A stretch of DNA of 64,000 nucleotides, from sequence record LR756501.1. One strand, given 5' to 3'. The position numbers were made by a program, and so were the translations under genes. Position 1 is the first letter of the stretch. Every line of letters begins with the position of its first letter. The notes under the pieces are model-generated. The model saw nothing but the letters and a program-made list of their open reading frames with translations. It ran no database searches and was not told where the DNA came from. Shown piece after piece: positions 17,730-25,790 of the stretch.

Positions 17730-18190
17730 AAACTTATAAAGAAAAAACAACAACTTACGTCCCTAAAGAAATTGAGGTAGATGTTTGGAAAACAGATGAT
17801 GGTAGAACTTTCAGAAATGAAAATGAAGCTATTAAACACGAAGAATGGCTCAACAAAAGAAAATCAATATCAAATAAATATAAATGTAAAGATATTTATA
17901 CAGACGATTATGGTATCTCAGTTGATAGTGGTTGGGAAACATCAGCAAAAATGATGTACATTGAAAAACTTGACGATGAAACTATTAAAGATTTGATGGA
18001 ATTATATGAATATTTAAAATATAATGGAAGACAATTAAAGGATATGAAACCAGGTTGGAATATTTTTGTCGAATCTGAATATGATTCAAACTCTTGTAGC
18101 AGATGGGGAGGTTATGATTTAAGTATCTATAATGTTAACGATGTTATGGAACAAAAAATAAAACAAATAGAAAGGTTAAAAGAATTATGA
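17726..18190 (+). CDS. Hypothetical protein
   Basis: WKTDDGRTFRNENEAIKHE, a common phage N-terminal motif; ATGA overlap. Confidence 0.7.
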   Translation: MKTYKEKTTTYVPKEIEVDVWKTDDGRTFRNENEAIKHEEWLNKRKSISNKYKCKDIYTDDYGISVDSGWETSAKMMYIEKLDDETIKDLMELYEYLKYNGRQLKDMKPGWNIFVESEYDSNSCSRWGGYDLSIYNVNDVMEQKIKQIERLKEL

Positions 18191-18567
18191 AAGAATTAGA
18201 AAATGTTAAAATGTTGTATGGGTCAGGTTGGTGGGACGGCCCTTTAAGTGGGCTTTGTGAATATGAAAATAAAATGTATTGGTTTAGTGTTCATCAAGAA
18301 GAAGAGTATGACGAAGAGAAAGAAGAATGGGGATATAGAATTCACAAACTTATTGAAATAGAACCTTGGCAATTAGCTTATGAATTATATTGGCATAGTG
18401 TGTTTGTGAGTAATGTTTACAGAAATGCAAAATGCAGAACTCAATTTGAAGAAAATCTAAAAAATGAAAGATTCTATATGAAAGAAGATTTCTACAAGAA
18501 AAGGAAAAAAGAACATAAAGAGATAGATTATAGTAATAATAATGTTATTGGAACATTTAAATTTTAA
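18187..18567 (+). CDS. Hypothetical protein
   Basis: WWDGPLSGLCEYENKMYWF; ATGA overlap. Confidence 0.7.
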   Translation: MKELENVKMLYGSGWWDGPLSGLCEYENKMYWFSVHQEEEYDEEKEEWGYRIHKLIEIEPWQLAYELYWHSVFVSNVYRNAKCRTQFEENLKNERFYMKEDFYKKRKKEHKEIDYSNNNVIGTFKF

Positions 18568-18583
18568 AAGAAAGGAGAACGAT

Positions 18584-18607
18584 ATGTCGTAGAGTAGGCC
18601 GCCTTAA
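18584..18607 (+). promoter_or_regulatory. Amber-containing leader mini-ORF (M-S-amber-S-R-P-P-ochre)
   Basis: AAAGGAGA SD at 18571-78, then ATG TCG TAG AGT AGG CCG CCT TAA; same first 10 nt as the PTH2-like gene. Confidence 0.7.
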
Positions 18608-18640
18608 AGGTGATACAGAAAACCAGCAAAACAAGTTTAA

Positions 18641-18671
18641 TCACTATCGACTTGTAAATAAAAGATAGTGA
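18641..18671 (+). promoter_or_regulatory. Hairpin downstream of the amber leader, with competing pairings
   Basis: TCACTATC(18641-48)/GATAGTGA(18664-71); ACAAGT(18631-36)/ACTTGT(18650-55); GGTGAT(18609-14)/ATCACT(18640-45). Confidence 0.5.
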
Positions 18672-18703
18672 ATATAAAACAACAAAAAATAAAATATAAA
18701 ATT

Positions 18704-19120
18704 ATGGAAACAACATTAAAAGCTGGTGTTACGTACACCTATAATAGAAGTGAATTAGACAAGAAAATCTGTGATACTATTAATTTTATCAAAGAAGTAA
18801 TCGCGAAGAATGATTACCAAGTAAAAGGAAACATTGAAGAACTTTACGTTCTTGAGTACCCTAACTTATCAATGAATCAGATGAAGAAGATTCAGAAATA
18901 TTGTTACTGGATTCAGAGGAATCCTTCTTTGAAGAAGATCAATACTTTCTTTAGTTTATTATCAAAACTCTTTGGGGTTGAGAGAGTACAAGTGAAAATT
19001 TCTTTGAAAGAAGAAGCTATCCAGAAAGCTAAGAAAGAATGGATCAAATCTAGAAATGAAGCCGATAGACTTTTAAAGGCTTATAAGGATGAAAAAGGTG
19101 ATTTTTACAAAAGAAAATAA
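18704..19120 (+). CDS. Hypothetical protein behind the amber leader
   Basis: Probable start METTLKAG at 18704 (track GTG at 18668 lies inside the hairpin); C-terminal EEAIQKAKKEWIKSRNEAD...EKGDFYK helix. Confidence 0.75.
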   Translation: METTLKAGVTYTYNRSELDKKICDTINFIKEVIAKNDYQVKGNIEELYVLEYPNLSMNQMKKIQKYCYWIQRNPSLKKINTFFSLLSKLFGVERVQVKISLKEEAIQKAKKEWIKSRNEADRLLKAYKDEKGDFYKRK

Positions 19121-19147
19121 TTTTTTAGTTTAAAAATTATATGTATA

Positions 19148-19172
19148 TTTGTGGAGTGAAATTCTCCACAAA
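19148..19172 (+). promoter_or_regulatory. Perfect 9-bp hairpin abutting the first tRNA, overlapping a TAnnTTTG element
   Basis: TTTGTGGAG-TGAAATT-CTCCACAAA; TATATTTG at 19144-19151. Confidence 0.6.
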
Positions 19173-19173
19173 T

Positions 19174-19246
19174 CCCTCGTTAGCTCATTTGGAAGAGTGT
19201 CAGATTCTAGCTCTGACGGTAGTAGGTTCGAATCCTACACGGGGGT
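19174..19246 (+). tRNA. Amber suppressor tRNA (anticodon CUA), copy 1
   Basis: Acceptor CCCTCGT/ACGGGGG, D arm GCTC/GAGT, anticodon arm TCAGA-TTCTAGC-TCTGA (CTA at 19207-09), T arm GTAGG-TTCGAAT-CCTAC. Confidence 0.9.
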
Positions 19247-19251
19247 CAAAA

Positions 19252-19326
19252 CGGATAGTAGCTTAGCCAGGCCAAAAGCATCGGTCTCTAAAACCGATAT
19301 CGAGGGTTCAAATCCCTCCTATCTGA
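19252..19326 (+). tRNA. Amber suppressor tRNA (anticodon CUA), copy 2
   Basis: Acceptor CGGATAG/CTATCTG, D arm GCTT/AAGC, anticodon arm TCGGT-CTCTAAA-ACCGA (CTA at 19288-90), T arm GAGGG-TTCAAAT-CCCTC. Confidence 0.92.
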
Positions 19327-19418
19327 CTAAAAATAATCACCCTGATTATCAACGTCTTCTTACGTTTGCCCCCATTTTAGAAAAAACTAGTAAAAAAGTT
19401 TAATATATACTCAGGTAT

Positions 19419-20342
19419 ATGATTAAGCGTACTTTATTCAAAACAAAAAAGCCAGGTGTATCTCAAAGGGATAAATCTGGTTTTTTTATTGCGAACAAAA
19501 AAACATCAGTTACTATGGGAAAACGTAAGAACAACATGCTTTCACCAATCAACGCTGACGAAGATGTCCTTGATGCTGTTTGCAACCACCGACGCTTTAC
19601 ATCAGATGCTATCTTTACCAAGAAACAATACGGTGAAGTCCTTCTTAAAAAAGTAAATTTGAAATGTAAAAATCAAAAACAGAAGGAATTCGTCAACATG
19701 ATCGAGGAAAAAGAGATCATCATCTGTGTAGGAGAATCGGGTGTGGGTAAAAGCTATTTATCAATAGCTAAAGCATTAGAGTTATTAAAAGACTCGTCTA
19801 AGGGGTATGAAAAAATCTTCATAATCACGCCAATCGTTGAATCAGAAGATAATATTGGGTTTTTGAAAGGATCACTCACAGAAAAAATGGATCCTTATTT
19901 ATACTCAATCTATTATCTTATTGATAAAATGGTAGGTGAGGATACTAGAAAAAAGTTGGTTGATAACGAAATTATTGCACCATTGTGTATATCATACTTG
20001 AGGGGGGTGAATATAGACAACGCTATTTTAATTTCAGACGAAACGCAAAACATGACCATAAAAGGAATTAAGACATTACTTACACGTATAGGTTTTAATT
20101 CGAAGTTTATTCTTTCTGGGGATATTAACCAGATAGATAGGTTTAAAAATGAGAACGAGTCAGGTCTAAAATATGCTTATGAGAATTTGAAGGATATTGA
20201 AGGAGTCGGTCTATTTGAATTTACCAAAGAAGATATTGTGAGAAATAAAATCATAGGTCAAATTCTAGACAAATTTAAACCAAAACCCATTGAAGTAACA
20301 CCACCTGTGGTAGTCAAAAAGAAAAAGGAAAAAATAGAGTAA
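19419..20342 (+). CDS. phoH: PhoH family ATPase
   Basis: GESGVGKSYLS, YLRG, ISDETQN, LTRIG, SGDINQID, DIVRN. Confidence 0.93.
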   Translation: MIKRTLFKTKKPGVSQRDKSGFFIANKKTSVTMGKRKNNMLSPINADEDVLDAVCNHRRFTSDAIFTKKQYGEVLLKKVNLKCKNQKQKEFVNMIEEKEIIICVGESGVGKSYLSIAKALELLKDSSKGYEKIFIITPIVESEDNIGFLKGSLTEKMDPYLYSIYYLIDKMVGEDTRKKLVDNEIIAPLCISYLRGVNIDNAILISDETQNMTIKGIKTLLTRIGFNSKFILSGDINQIDRFKNENESGLKYAYENLKDIEGVGLFEFTKEDIVRNKIIGQILDKFKPKPIEVTPPVVVKKKKEKIE

Positions 20343-20344
20343 GC

Positions 20345-20372
20345 AAAAGGGGAGAAAAAATTCTCCCCTTTT
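20345..20372 (+). terminator. Rho-independent terminator
   Basis: AAAAGGGGAGAA-AAAA-TTCTCCCCTTTT. Confidence 0.8.
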
Positions 20373-20392
20373 CTTTTTTAATATATAATACC

Positions 20393-20770
20393 ATGATAAC
20401 AGAATTCACCCAATTTAAAAAGACTATCACTATACCCAATCTAGAAAAGTTCATTGGTAAATCTAGAGATGAAATTACTGAGAAAGCCATAGTGTACCTA
20501 CAAAATAAATTCAAAGAGAGAATTAAAGGTCAACAAGTCAAAATCAAAACATTATGGGATCAAGATATAGAAGGAAAAGTAGTCAACGTTATTTTCCACA
20601 TTCACTCAAATAGAGATATGGGTGTTATAAATAGAATTACTGTTAAACTTTATATGGAAGATGGTAATAATCATAATGTTAGACAGGGTGGTAAAATGTA
20701 TATTATTCCAGAACCACCACCTAGAATAAGATGGTTTAATAGAGGAGAGTTAGGAGAAAGAAATTGGTAA
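20393..20770 (+). CDS. Hypothetical protein
   Basis: TAATATATA at 20379-87; MITEFTQF start. Confidence 0.7.
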   Translation: MITEFTQFKKTITIPNLEKFIGKSRDEITEKAIVYLQNKFKERIKGQQVKIKTLWDQDIEGKVVNVIFHIHSNRDMGVINRITVKLYMEDGNNHNVRQGGKMYIIPEPPPRIRWFNRGELGERNW

Positions 20771-20771
20771 T

Positions 20772-21209
20772 TTATACTACCTTTGTGTGTGTTCTACCGT
20801 CCTGCCAGTAATTATCACCACCGTAATAAGTACAAATCTCTTCGTCTTTTTTAATATCTTTAATAGAAGAAAAAACAAATAATTCATTTTCAACGTCTGT
20901 TTCCCAAGTTGCGTTTGGTGTATTGGAGTGATTATAAATACAAGCAAATCCAAAAGGTATGGTTTGATATTTCCAATTAGTTCTAGGAAAATTAAATCTA
21001 TAATCTATGAATATGGAAGAGCCTTCGTTCTGAGCTGTTGGTATTTTTAAAAAATAAATCTCTTCTAAAATTTCACCAGCTTTTATATCACTGGTGGCAA
21101 ACACTCCCCAACCGTGTATAGGAGAACGTCTAACCTCCATATTCTTATTAAAAATTAATTTATCTTTCATTTTAAAAGATGATTTTGTTTTTTTATATAT
21201 AGCAAACAA
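20772..21209 (-). CDS. SET-domain lysine methyltransferase
   Basis: SPIHGWGVFATSDIKAGE, IYNHSNTPN, DIKKDEEICTYYG. Confidence 0.92.
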   Translation of the reverse strand: MFAIYKKTKSSFKMKDKLIFNKNMEVRRSPIHGWGVFATSDIKAGEILEEIYFLKIPTAQNEGSSIFIDYRFNFPRTNWKYQTIPFGFACIYNHSNTPNATWETDVENELFVFSSIKDIKKDEEICTYYGGDNYWQDGRTHTKVV

Positions 21210-21239
21210 GGTGATTGTTTTAAAAAAAGTGAAAATAAT

Positions 21240-22112
21240 ATGGCATTCGAAAAATTTGAAGACGCTAAAGAGTTTGGTAAATTGTTTGGAAACCCAAGAT
21301 TTAAAAGATCTTATTCAGACTATATCAACGGACTAATGCAAAGATTATACCAAAAAGAAGGTAATTGGGGAAGACTTCTTGGTATAGAAGGAAATTACGG
21401 TATTATTAACACAAATTACTCATTAGCCAAAGCCCCAATGAGCAAAGAAATTAGAGAATTTTACTTAACAGTACATGATGATATAGATCCTAAATGGTCT
21501 TTATTAAATTACGTTAATACACACTGGACCAGTTTCATGCACGTTGTGAATACAATAAATTACTGGATTTCAACTAATCAAGTAAAGAATGAAGAACCAT
21601 TCACATTTAAGAACGATCATATGAAAGAACTTGATAGACTTAAATCTGTATTAAATAGAACAGGACAATTTATATTTATGCCACAAGAAAACCTAAATGT
21701 CTTCTGGAAAATAATGGGGGCAATTGCCACGTCAACTTATATTGGTAATTTAGGGGAATGTATGACTCTTGAAAGTTTGACTAACCTGGGTGACGTAAGT
21801 GATGTTATAAAGAGTAAACCAGGTCAGAGAGTTGATACACATGGAGGTGTGGATATAAGTTTTAAACTTGATGGAGTAAATAAAACTCTACAATGTAAAT
21901 CTTTCACAAGTGCAGAGCTCAGAGACGGTCAGTATATATTTAGTAATATAAGTAACTCAGGTTATTATAACGTGGATTTCTTCTCATTTGTAAATAGAAG
22001 AAATGTATATGTATTTGATACAAGGAAGAACGGATTAGTTTACAGGTATAATGAAGGATCTCAATCTTATATTTTTGATCAAAGGTTATTAAAATATAAA
22101 TTAGATGTATGA
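21240..22112 (+). CDS. Hypothetical protein with possible PD-(D/E)xK nuclease-like C-terminus
   Basis: GNLGE...DTHGGVDISF...LQCK pattern. Confidence 0.4.
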   Translation: MAFEKFEDAKEFGKLFGNPRFKRSYSDYINGLMQRLYQKEGNWGRLLGIEGNYGIINTNYSLAKAPMSKEIREFYLTVHDDIDPKWSLLNYVNTHWTSFMHVVNTINYWISTNQVKNEEPFTFKNDHMKELDRLKSVLNRTGQFIFMPQENLNVFWKIMGAIATSTYIGNLGECMTLESLTNLGDVSDVIKSKPGQRVDTHGGVDISFKLDGVNKTLQCKSFTSAELRDGQYIFSNISNSGYYNVDFFSFVNRRNVYVFDTRKNGLVYRYNEGSQSYIFDQRLLKYKLDV

Positions 22113-22143
22113 AAAAAGAAAATAAAAATTAATATATAGTGGT

Positions 22144-22650
22144 ATGGAAAACTTAAAGAATTATAACGATTTTAATAAAATCAACGAAGAATTCCAAATC
22201 TTCGGAATGGATGTAGTCATCACACTTGGAGAATTAGTGGGAGCAGCCACAACTTTATTTGCTATTGCAGGAGTTGGAGCATTTTTTGGTTACATTAGTT
22301 TGAAATCGTGGATAAGAGAATTATTATCAGATAGAAAAAGAATCAAAGCCTTGAAAAAACTTGGTATGTTCTTAGAGAAATATAAAGACGAAACTATAAA
22401 TGATTATATGCATACTATTAATACTCAAATACATAGAATAAAAAAAGATATGGGTAGAGATAAAAGTATTGAGAATTATTATACAAAGTTGGCTACGTAT
22501 TTAAGAGAGAAAATGACGGATGAAGATAAGATGGAATATGACGCTCTTATGGATGAAATTGGAATGTGGAGTAGGGATTATAAAGTAGGAAGCGAACAAG
22601 GTAAAGGTAGATATTCACATCTTCCTAATAATTTTGGAGGTTCTTTTTAA
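22144..22650 (+). CDS. Hypothetical membrane-anchored protein, CTS-like N-terminus
   Basis: MENLKNYNDFNKINEE, then one hydrophobic helix; TAATATATAG at 22130-39. Confidence 0.75.
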   Translation: MENLKNYNDFNKINEEFQIFGMDVVITLGELVGAATTLFAIAGVGAFFGYISLKSWIRELLSDRKRIKALKKLGMFLEKYKDETINDYMHTINTQIHRIKKDMGRDKSIENYYTKLATYLREKMTDEDKMEYDALMDEIGMWSRDYKVGSEQGKGRYSHLPNNFGGSF

Positions 22651-22676
22651 TAAATAAAATTTAATATATAGAGTAT

Positions 22677-23180
22677 ATGGAAATTAAAAATTGGTCAAAA
22701 TATTTTGAAAGTTTAGTAATACCAGGACTCCAAATAGGTGAGTTCTTAAATGGTTTAGAGCCAGCTGGTAAAGCACACAAAAATATACTGTCTATATTCT
22801 TCAACACTTACGAGAATTATGTTGATTTAGATGATCCTCAAAAACACATTTTCAAAGTAAATGACCTCACTGGTGATATACTTGGAAATGGTAGAGTTCA
22901 ATTTAACGCTATGGTTTTTGGAAAACAAGAATTAGAAACAGTTGTACGTAACAACATTGTTAATCTTGCTATGATTGAATTTTACAGTAATTTACCTAAT
23001 AATATCAATATTTATGGCATAGATATAAAACCTATATCTTTCATACACAAAGACGATTTAAAGTTCACTTTCGAAAACATGTTAACCATAGATGAGCTTA
23101 AAAGAATAGTAACAGCAGTTTCAGGCTATACCTTTAGTGGTGAGCGTGATGGTTATTATATTTGGAGAAAGAATCTCTAA
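22677..23180 (+). CDS. Hypothetical protein, CTS-like N-terminus
   Basis: MEIKNWSKYFES; TAATATATAG at 22662-71. Confidence 0.75.
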   Translation: MEIKNWSKYFESLVIPGLQIGEFLNGLEPAGKAHKNILSIFFNTYENYVDLDDPQKHIFKVNDLTGDILGNGRVQFNAMVFGKQELETVVRNNIVNLAMIEFYSNLPNNINIYGIDIKPISFIHKDDLKFTFENMLTIDELKRIVTAVSGYTFSGERDGYYIWRKNL

Positions 23181-23492
23181 TCACCACTTATCCTTTATTT
23201 TCACTACAACTTCAACAAGCCCGTGTATTTGTGCGTACTGATGTAACGCGTCGTAGGCTTGATCCCTTGAGCTAAAAGTGGCAATCTCTTTACTAAGGAC
23301 GTAATCACCGTAATTGGTTAAATCACCAATGAATTCGTTTTTGGTCATTGTCCTCATTTCGTAAAGAGGAGGCAGTAACCAAGCTTTACGCTTGATTACG
23401 TACCTCTTAACTCCTTCTCTTTCTATCTTAAACTTTGGTATCATCTTTCTTTGTAAAAGAAGACTTAATAACCCAAACCAGTGATCCCACAC
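23181..23492 (-). CDS. Hypothetical protein
   Basis: ORF in minus-strand operon; true start probably the internal MIPKF. Confidence 0.6.
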   Translation of the reverse strand: MWDHWFGLLSLLLQRKMIPKFKIEREGVKRYVIKRKAWLLPPLYEMRTMTKNEFIGDLTNYGDYVLSKEIATFSSRDQAYDALHQYAQIHGLVEVVVKIKDKW

Positions 23493-23613
23493 AAAGCATG
23501 ATCAATCCTAAGAGGATCAATACTGGCATAATGAAACTGACGGTCTTAACAAAAACGTAACACAGTATGATAATAACTAAAATCAACACTGCAATAGTTG
23601 TTCCTTTTTTCAT
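23428..23613 (-). CDS. Small two-helix membrane protein
   Basis: Two hydrophobic segments. Confidence 0.65.
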   Translation of the reverse strand: MKKGTTIAVLILVIIILCYVFVKTVSFIMPVLILLGLIMLCVGSLVWVIKSSFTKKDDTKV

Positions 23614-23625
23614 GTTTTTAATTTA

Positions 23626-23838
23626 TTAGAAGTTAAATTTTTTGTCCTTTTTCTTTGGTTTAAAATCATCACTCTTTAAGAGATCAATAGCCGACTTGAG
23701 AGACATAGCGTCCGATACAAGATATTTACCAGCTATAATTCCGTAAAGTCCGCTGACTTTTTCGTTCTTCATAAGAGGAACCACTTTGTAACCTTTGTCT
23801 TTGAATTCGACTCTTCCGAATTTTTTTGCTTTTCCCAT
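23626..23838 (-). CDS. Small basic hypothetical protein
   Basis: Clean ORF, Lys-rich. Confidence 0.65.
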   Translation of the reverse strand: MGKAKKFGRVEFKDKGYKVVPLMKNEKVSGLYGIIAGKYLVSDAMSLKSAIDLLKSDDFKPKKKDKKFNF

Positions 23839-23840
23839 TG

Positions 23841-24329
23841 TTAATTGTTTTTTAAATTGTTGTTTTTACTTTGTTTGTTTTTCTTATTATACTCTTTTAA
23901 AGTTTCCTTTTCCTTGTCTGTTAAAGAATTGAAACCAGAGATTTTCATTTTTTGAACTAACACATTAATCAAAGAAGATTTATTTTTAGCGACGTACATT
24001 ACTGCTTCATTACTATTATCAAATAACATTCTATCACCTTTATCATTTAATATAACCCCTCTTTCGTCGTCTTTAATCCAATATTGATGAATATTAAAAT
24101 ACACTTCACCTGTTTCGTCGTCTTCAATAAAGATTTCTAATCTATAAATGGTACCTGTTCTTAAATGAACACCCGTGTGAATATCAGCTTGAACGTAACC
24201 AGCGCATGGTAATTCTTCTTCTACTTCTTTATAGATAGTTCCCATAGGTTGAAGTCGCGTTGTACCAATTAACGTAATTATCGAATGTATAGGTATATGT
24301 ATCACCTGTATGTTCACCGAAGTAAACAT
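23841..24329 (-). CDS. Hypothetical protein
   Basis: C-terminal KISGFNSLTDKEKETL motif; true start probably downstream of the track start. Confidence 0.6.
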   Translation of the reverse strand: MFTSVNIQVIHIPIHSIITLIGTTRLQPMGTIYKEVEEELPCAGYVQADIHTGVHLRTGTIYRLEIFIEDDETGEVYFNIHQYWIKDDERGVILNDKGDRMLFDNSNEAVMYVAKNKSSLINVLVQKMKISGFNSLTDKEKETLKEYNKKNKQSKNNNLKNN

Positions 24330-24374
24330 ATACTGTCTTATTTCCTGTTGTTGTATAAGAATATCCCCACATAA

Positions 24375-24782
24375 TTATAGTTTATTTTTTAGTTTATTTA
24401 TAATTCTTTCCTGTTCGTCAATTAATCTTTCACGTGCTTTTCTTTCTTCATACATATCAGTTAAAATTTCGTTCACCTTAGCCATAATCTCTGATTTTGT
24501 ATTATAACCATCTGGTGATATATTATATGGTCTGATGGTTTCGGGATAAAGTCCTATAAAATCAAGATATGGATGAATTGTATCTAACTCTTCGTCCCAG
24601 TTTTCCTCACCGTAAGGATCTTCTTTAGATGCATGTCTTTTAAGAGATCTTAAAGCAATTTGTCTAATTTCTTCAGCGTTAGTAATAAAACCAAGTTCTG
24701 GGTCGAACGGACTAACACTATCAACTCCTCTTTTAATTTTGAGGATTTCCATTCTTCTTTCTAATGTTTCTCTTCTGTCCAT
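24375..24782 (-). CDS. Hypothetical protein with internal DPYGEENW
   Basis: SKEDPYGEENWDEE. Confidence 0.75.
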   Translation of the reverse strand: MDRRETLERRMEILKIKRGVDSVSPFDPELGFITNAEEIRQIALRSLKRHASKEDPYGEENWDEELDTIHPYLDFIGLYPETIRPYNISPDGYNTKSEIMAKVNEILTDMYEERKARERLIDEQERIINKLKNKL

Positions 24783-24952
24783 TATTCGTCGTTTAGTCTT
24801 TTCAAATAATCTTTTTCGGATTCAATCCATTTTTGTAGATTATATTTTAATCTTTCTGAAATTTCAAATTCGTATTTTTCCATACCAATTTCAAGAATCT
24901 CAATGAATTCTTCAAGATATTCTTCCTTTATTGCTAATGTTTCGCTTGCCAT
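24782..24952 (-). CDS. Small acidic protein (56 aa, not in track)
   Basis: MASETLAIKEEYLEEFIEILEIG...; TAATG overlap with the next gene. Confidence 0.65.
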   Translation of the reverse strand: MASETLAIKEEYLEEFIEILEIGMEKYEFEISERLKYNLQKWIESEKDYLKRLNDE

Positions 24953-24955
24953 ATT

Positions 24956-25126
24956 TTATAAAAATTTCCAATGATTAGTATGCCAACCACATTTCTTACA
25001 ACGCATGTAAACTTTTCTGTCTGTCTTTACAAACCTACCGTTATTAGTAATTTCTACTTGATTTTCGTCTACTATAAAATCGTGTTTACAGAATACCTGT
25101 CTAAAATATTGTACAATTGTTCTCAT
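24956..25126 (-). CDS. Small Zn-finger protein (56 aa, not in track)
   Basis: VFCKHDF...MRCKKCGW (CxH...CxxC). Confidence 0.7.
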   Translation of the reverse strand: MRTIVQYFRQVFCKHDFIVDENQVEITNNGRFVKTDRKVYMRCKKCGWHTNHWKFL

Positions 25127-25359
25127 ATATTTTCTTTTATTATTTGGTAACCGTTGAATATATCAACTTCATCACTCCATTCGTCTTTTATTGAAATAGC
25201 GTCTTCGTACCTTGCCGCGTCATATCCTTCCCAAAACAATTTAGCTTCACGTGATCCTTCAAAATAAGGACAGTCATTAATGCGCATTTTATACCTTTCT
25301 ATTCCTTTAAGAATAGGATCTACATCTTTTAACGATATTGATAGTATAATTTTTGGCAT
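25123..25359 (-). CDS. Hypothetical protein
   Basis: ATGA overlap; NDCPY...WEGY. Confidence 0.65.
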   Translation of the reverse strand: MPKIILSISLKDVDPILKGIERYKMRINDCPYFEGSREAKLFWEGYDAARYEDAISIKDEWSDEVDIFNGYQIIKENI

Positions 25360-25364
25360 TTGTT

Positions 25365-25790
25365 TTATGTTACATCGTAATAAGTACTACCTCTTGTTGA
25401 CTCATATATTATTATAGGTTTAATAGCTTTCTTTATTGTTTCTACGTCATTATCGTCGTAACAATAACAACCTACAGCATTAGACCATTTAATCAATTTC
25501 TTTCTTTTTAACTTACGTAATTTACTTCTATCAACGTAAAAGATTTCACCACTTGGGAATCCTACAACATAAATCTCGTACCTTACTTTTATAATAGTTT
25601 CTTCGTAATCTGGATAACTCAATTGAAACCATCCTAATCTTGTACACGTATAAATGTTTACTAACCAATCTAAAAAATTTATACCAAGAGATATAAGTGT
25701 TAAAAATAACACAGATAAGCTAATAGTAAAAATTATAGCCTTTGGTATAGTGATCTCACCTATTACATTATATAACCAATCTAACATCAT
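25365..25790 (-). CDS. Membrane protein with C-terminal GxPSGE domain
   Basis: N-terminal TM helix; VVGFPSGEIFYV. Confidence 0.7.
   Translation of the reverse strand: MMLDWLYNVIGEITIPKAIIFTISLSVLFLTLISLGINFLDWLVNIYTCTRLGWFQLSYPDYEETIIKVRYEIYVVGFPSGEIFYVDRSKLRKLKRKKLIKWSNAVGCYCYDDNDVETIKKAIKPIIIYESTRGSTYYDVT

Noticed and set aside
19174-19326. Pyrrolysine tRNA, or tRNA-Leu(TAG) for copy 1
   Set aside because: Both have canonical D and T loops and 5-bp anticodon stems, unlike tRNA-Pyl, and no pyl genes are present. In copy 1, CTA and not TAG is centred in the 7-nt loop after U33.
19149-19403. Track ORF of 84 aa (GTG start)
   Set aside because: It runs through both tRNA genes and the upstream hairpin, so it is a chance frame.
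6411-21209. Eukaryotic giant virus (NCLDV) origin suggested by Top2 and SET
   Set aside because: tmRNA, amidase, gp25, gp17, gp46, PhoH, S1, bacterial terminators and ATGA/TAATG-coupled operons all indicate a bacteriophage.
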